A stretch of DNA of 64,000 bases from Eledone cirrhosa (Eukaryota), in assembly GCA_964016885.1 (NCBI GenBank), contig OZ024740.1, positions 427,676,001 to 427,740,000 of the forward strand. The letters are read 5' to 3'. Below are positions 61,501 to 64,000 of this stretch, piece after piece. The translations under genes were made by a program, and so were the position numbers. Below the pieces are notes generated by a model that saw only the letters and a program-made list of their open reading frames with translations, searched no databases and was not told where the DNA came from. Numbering within the stretch: position 1 is the first letter of the stretch; each line of letters starts with the position of its first letter.

Positions 61501-61900
61501 TCACTGTACCATAGTTATATAAAACTCTACCCTATCTCACTGTACCATAGTTATATAAAACTCTACCCTATCTCACTGTACCATAGTTATATAAAACTCT
61601 ACCCTATCTCACTGTACCATAGTTATATAAAACTCTACCCTATCTCACTGTACCATAGTTATATAAAACTCTACTCTAGCTCACTGTACCATAGTTATAT
61701 AAAACTCTACCCTATCTCACTGTACCATAGTTATATAAAACACTACCCTATCTCACTGTACCATAGTTATATAAAACTCTACCCTATCTCACTGTACCAT
61801 AGTTATATAAAACTCTACCCTATCTCAGTGTTGTATAGTTATATAAAACTCTACCCTATCTCACTGTACCATAGTTATATAAAACTCTACCCTATCTCAG
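55520..61900. repeat. Higher-order duplication at 112-monomer offset (4029 bp), with the block restarting again at ~63266; boundaries approximate
   Basis: CTCAACCC is at 56491/60520, CACGGTAC at 57440/61469, and ORF-track starts at 55640/59669 and 55891/59920, all at offset 4029 = 112x36-3. Confidence 0.88.
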
Positions 61901-63641
61901 TGTACCATAGTTATATAAAACTCTACCCTATCTCAGTGTACCATAGTTATATAAATCTCTACCCTATCTCACTGTACTATAGTTATATAAAACTCTACCC
62001 TATCTCACTGTACCATAGTTATATAAAACTCTACTCTATCTCACTGTACCATAGTTATATAAAACTCTACCCTATCTCACTGTACCATAGTTATATAAAA
62101 CAGTACCCTATCTCACTGTACCATAGTTATATAAAACTCTACCCTATCTCACTGTACCATAGTTATATAAAACACTACCCTATCTCACTGTACCATAGTT
62201 ATATAAAACTCTACCCTATCGCACTGTACCATAGTTATATAAAACTCTACCCTATCTCAGTGTTGTATAGTTATATAAAACTCTACACTATCTCACTGTA
62301 CCATAGTTATATAAAACTCTACCCTATCTCACTGTACCATAGTTATATAAAACTCTACCCTATCTCACTGTACCATAGTTATATAAAACTCTACCCTATC
62401 TCAGTGTTGTATAGTTATATAAAACTCTACCCTATCTCACTGTACCATAGTTATATAAACTCTACCCTATCTCACTGTACCATAGTTATATAAAACTCTA
62501 CCCTATCTCAGTGTACCATAGTTATATAAAACTCTACCCTATCTCAGTGTACCATAGTTATATAAAACTCTACCCTATCTCAGTGTACCATAGTTATATA
62601 AAACTCTACCCTATCTCACTGTACCATAGTTATATAAATCTCTACCCTATCTCACTGTACCTTAGTTATATAAAACTCTACCCTATCTCAGTGTACCATA
62701 GTTATATAAATCTCTACCCTATCTCACTGTACTATAGTTATATAAAACTCTACCCTATCTCACTGTACCATAGTTATATAAAACTCTACTCTATCTCACT
62801 GTACCATAGTTATATAAAACTCTACCCTATCTCACTGTACCATAGTTATATAAAACAGTACCCTATCTCACTGTACCATAGTTATATAAAACTCTACCCT
62901 ATCTCACTGTACCATAGTTATATAAAACACTACCCTATCTCACTGTACCATAGTTATATAAAACTCTACCCTATCTCACTGTACCATAGTTATATAAAAC
63001 TCTACCCTATCTCAGTGTTGTATAGTTATATAAAACTCTACACTATCTCACTGTACCATAGTTATATAAAACTCTACCCTATCTCACTGTACCATAGTTA
63101 TATAAAACTCTACCCTATCTCACTGTACCATAGTTATATAAAACTCTACCCTATCTCAGTGTTGTATAGTTATATAAAACTCTACCCTATCTCACTGTAC
63201 CATAGTTATATAAACTCTACCCTATCTCACTGTACCATAGTTATATAAAACTCTACCCTATCTCAGTGTACCATAGTTATATAAAACTCTACCCTATCTC
63301 AGTGTACCATAGTTATATAAAACTCTACCCTATCTCACTGTACCATAGTTATATAAAACTCTACCCTATCTCAGTGTACCATAGTTATATAAAACTCTAC
63401 CCTATCTCACTGTACCATAGTTATATAAAACTCTACCCTATCTCAGTGCACCATAGTTATAGAAAACTCTACCTTATCTTAGTGTACCATAGTTATATAA
63501 AACTCTACCCTATCTCAGTGTTGTATAGTTATATAAAACTCTACCCTATCTCACTGTACCATAGTTATATAAAACTCTACCCTATCTCACTGTACCATAG
63601 TTGTATACAACTCTACCCTATCTCACTGTACCATAGTTATA

Positions 63642-63770
63642 CTAGACATGAAAAATGCGCAAGCTCAAAAGTGCCACAGAATGTTATAATAAACCTTCAA
63701 AAGTGTGGGACTAGAGTTGTTGCTAAAAAATATTGTAATCATTATATATCGTACATTCTGTGGCATCCTT
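63642..63770 (-). mobile_element. Possible Helitron-like 3' terminus (CTAG) inserted at an A|T site of the satellite; inner extent unknown
   Basis: The minus strand reads ...GCGCATTTTTCATGT-CTAG|TATAACT, and the intact monomer reads TTTTA|TATAACT at this spot, matching the Helitron A|T target and CTRR end. The expected subterminal hairpin is weak (TGCGC-AA-GCTCA, 63656-63667). The 5' TC end is not identifiable in the window. Confidence 0.4.
63672..63765. repeat. 13-bp perfect inverted repeat with 68-bp spacer
   Basis: TGCCACAGAATGT (63672-63684) is the exact reverse complement of ACATTCTGTGGCA (63753-63765). Confidence 0.9.
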
Positions 63771-63891
63771 TATAAAAATAGCTTAAACCAACGAAGCCTT
63801 TATTTTTACGCTATTTCACTTAGTTAATTCTTAGAGTGTAACATATAAAAATATGATTTACAACTATAAAATAAATTAATTAATATAATAA

Positions 63892-63979
63892 CAGAGCTGC
63901 GGAGCTGAAATTTAGGAAATAATGGAGTATTGGATCCTGAGTTGGAGCCAGTCAATTTTTGACCGACTCCGCAGCCCTG
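63892..63979. mobile_element. 88-bp non-autonomous hAT-type MITE, degenerate
   Basis: The left end CAGAGCTGCGGAG (63892-63904) matches the reverse complement of the right end, CAGGGCTGCGGAG (63967-63979), at 12/13. Flanks are TATAATAA (63884-63891) and TATAATAC (63980-63987), a 7/8 match. CAGGG-type termini with an 8-bp TSD are typical of hAT elements. The interior has degenerate GGAGTC-like units. Confidence 0.8.
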
Positions 63980-64000
63980 TATAATACATTTCATATTAAA

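Larger units (their letters stand above)
1..63641. repeat. 36-bp tandem satellite/minisatellite array, about 1,770 copies, consensus ATCTCA[C/G]TGTACCATAGTTATATAAAACTCTACCCT; left end truncated by window
   Basis: The monomer recurs every 36 bp (1, 37, 73, ...) with no spacers, inversions or foreign inserts seen. Most copies differ from consensus by 0-3 substitutions, with occasional 35- or 37-bp copies. The last partial copy ends ...CCATAGTTATA at 63641. Confidence 0.99.
63642..64000. other. Non-satellite AT-rich flanking DNA
   Basis: The 36-bp periodicity is lost completely after 63641 and no credible ORF is present. Confidence 0.95.

Noticed and set aside
1-63641. CRISPR array (36-bp repeat; minus strand GTTTTATATAACTATG loosely recalls type II repeats)
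   Set aside because: Units are directly head-to-tail with no unique spacers, and no leader or cas genes are present.
1-63641. Whole array as a sequencing or assembly artefact (concatemer)
   Set aside because: Structured, region-specific and heritable variants are not expected from an artefact. Exact copy numbers of the near-identical blocks still need read validation.
63707-63720. GGGACTAGAGTTGT in the flank resembles the reverse complement of the CAA-variant monomer (GGGTAGAGTTGT)
   Set aside because: Only 9 contiguous matching bases, which is plausible by chance given the many monomer variants and AT-rich composition.
7-63775. Long ORFs (up to 2062 aa) of repeated YHSYIKLYPIS[L/V] as protein-coding genes
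   Set aside because: They follow automatically from a 36-bp unit with one stop-free frame. Starts are mostly internal GTG codons, and ends are frameshifting deletions or point stops (19542, 31432, 43233, 50558, 53507), some propagated by duplication. Many common variants are non-synonymous and there are no unique domains.
63642-63775. Unique C-terminal tail of ORF 63266-63775 (TRHEKCASSK...)
   Set aside because: This is read-through of the satellite frame into non-coding flank for about 44 codons, with no recognisable motif.

Overview
About 99.4% of the window (1 to 63641) is one uninterrupted, head-to-tail, single-orientation array of a 36-bp monomer. The consensus is ATCTCA[C/G]TGTACCATAGTTATATAAAACTCTACCCT, about 33% GC, in roughly 1,770 copies, and the array is truncated by the left window edge. 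The long ORFs in the track arise because one frame of the 12-codon monomer has no stop; they are not considered genes. Rare monomer variants act as barcodes and reveal nested, irregular higher-order duplications of 18 to 112 monomers plus a left-to-right turnover of variant types. Several recurrent variants perfect internal palindromes of the monomer. The array stops abruptly mid-monomer at ...AGTTATA|CTAG, which fits a minus-strand Helitron 3' end inserted at an A|T site. The last 359 bp are AT-rich unique DNA containing a 13-bp perfect inverted repeat and an 88-bp hAT-type MITE with a near-perfect 8-bp target-site duplication. Overall this looks like eukaryotic satellite DNA. The C-rich + strand with a CCCTA motif leaves open that it is a non-canonical telomeric or subtelomeric array. 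All offsets were counted by hand from the displayed coordinates.
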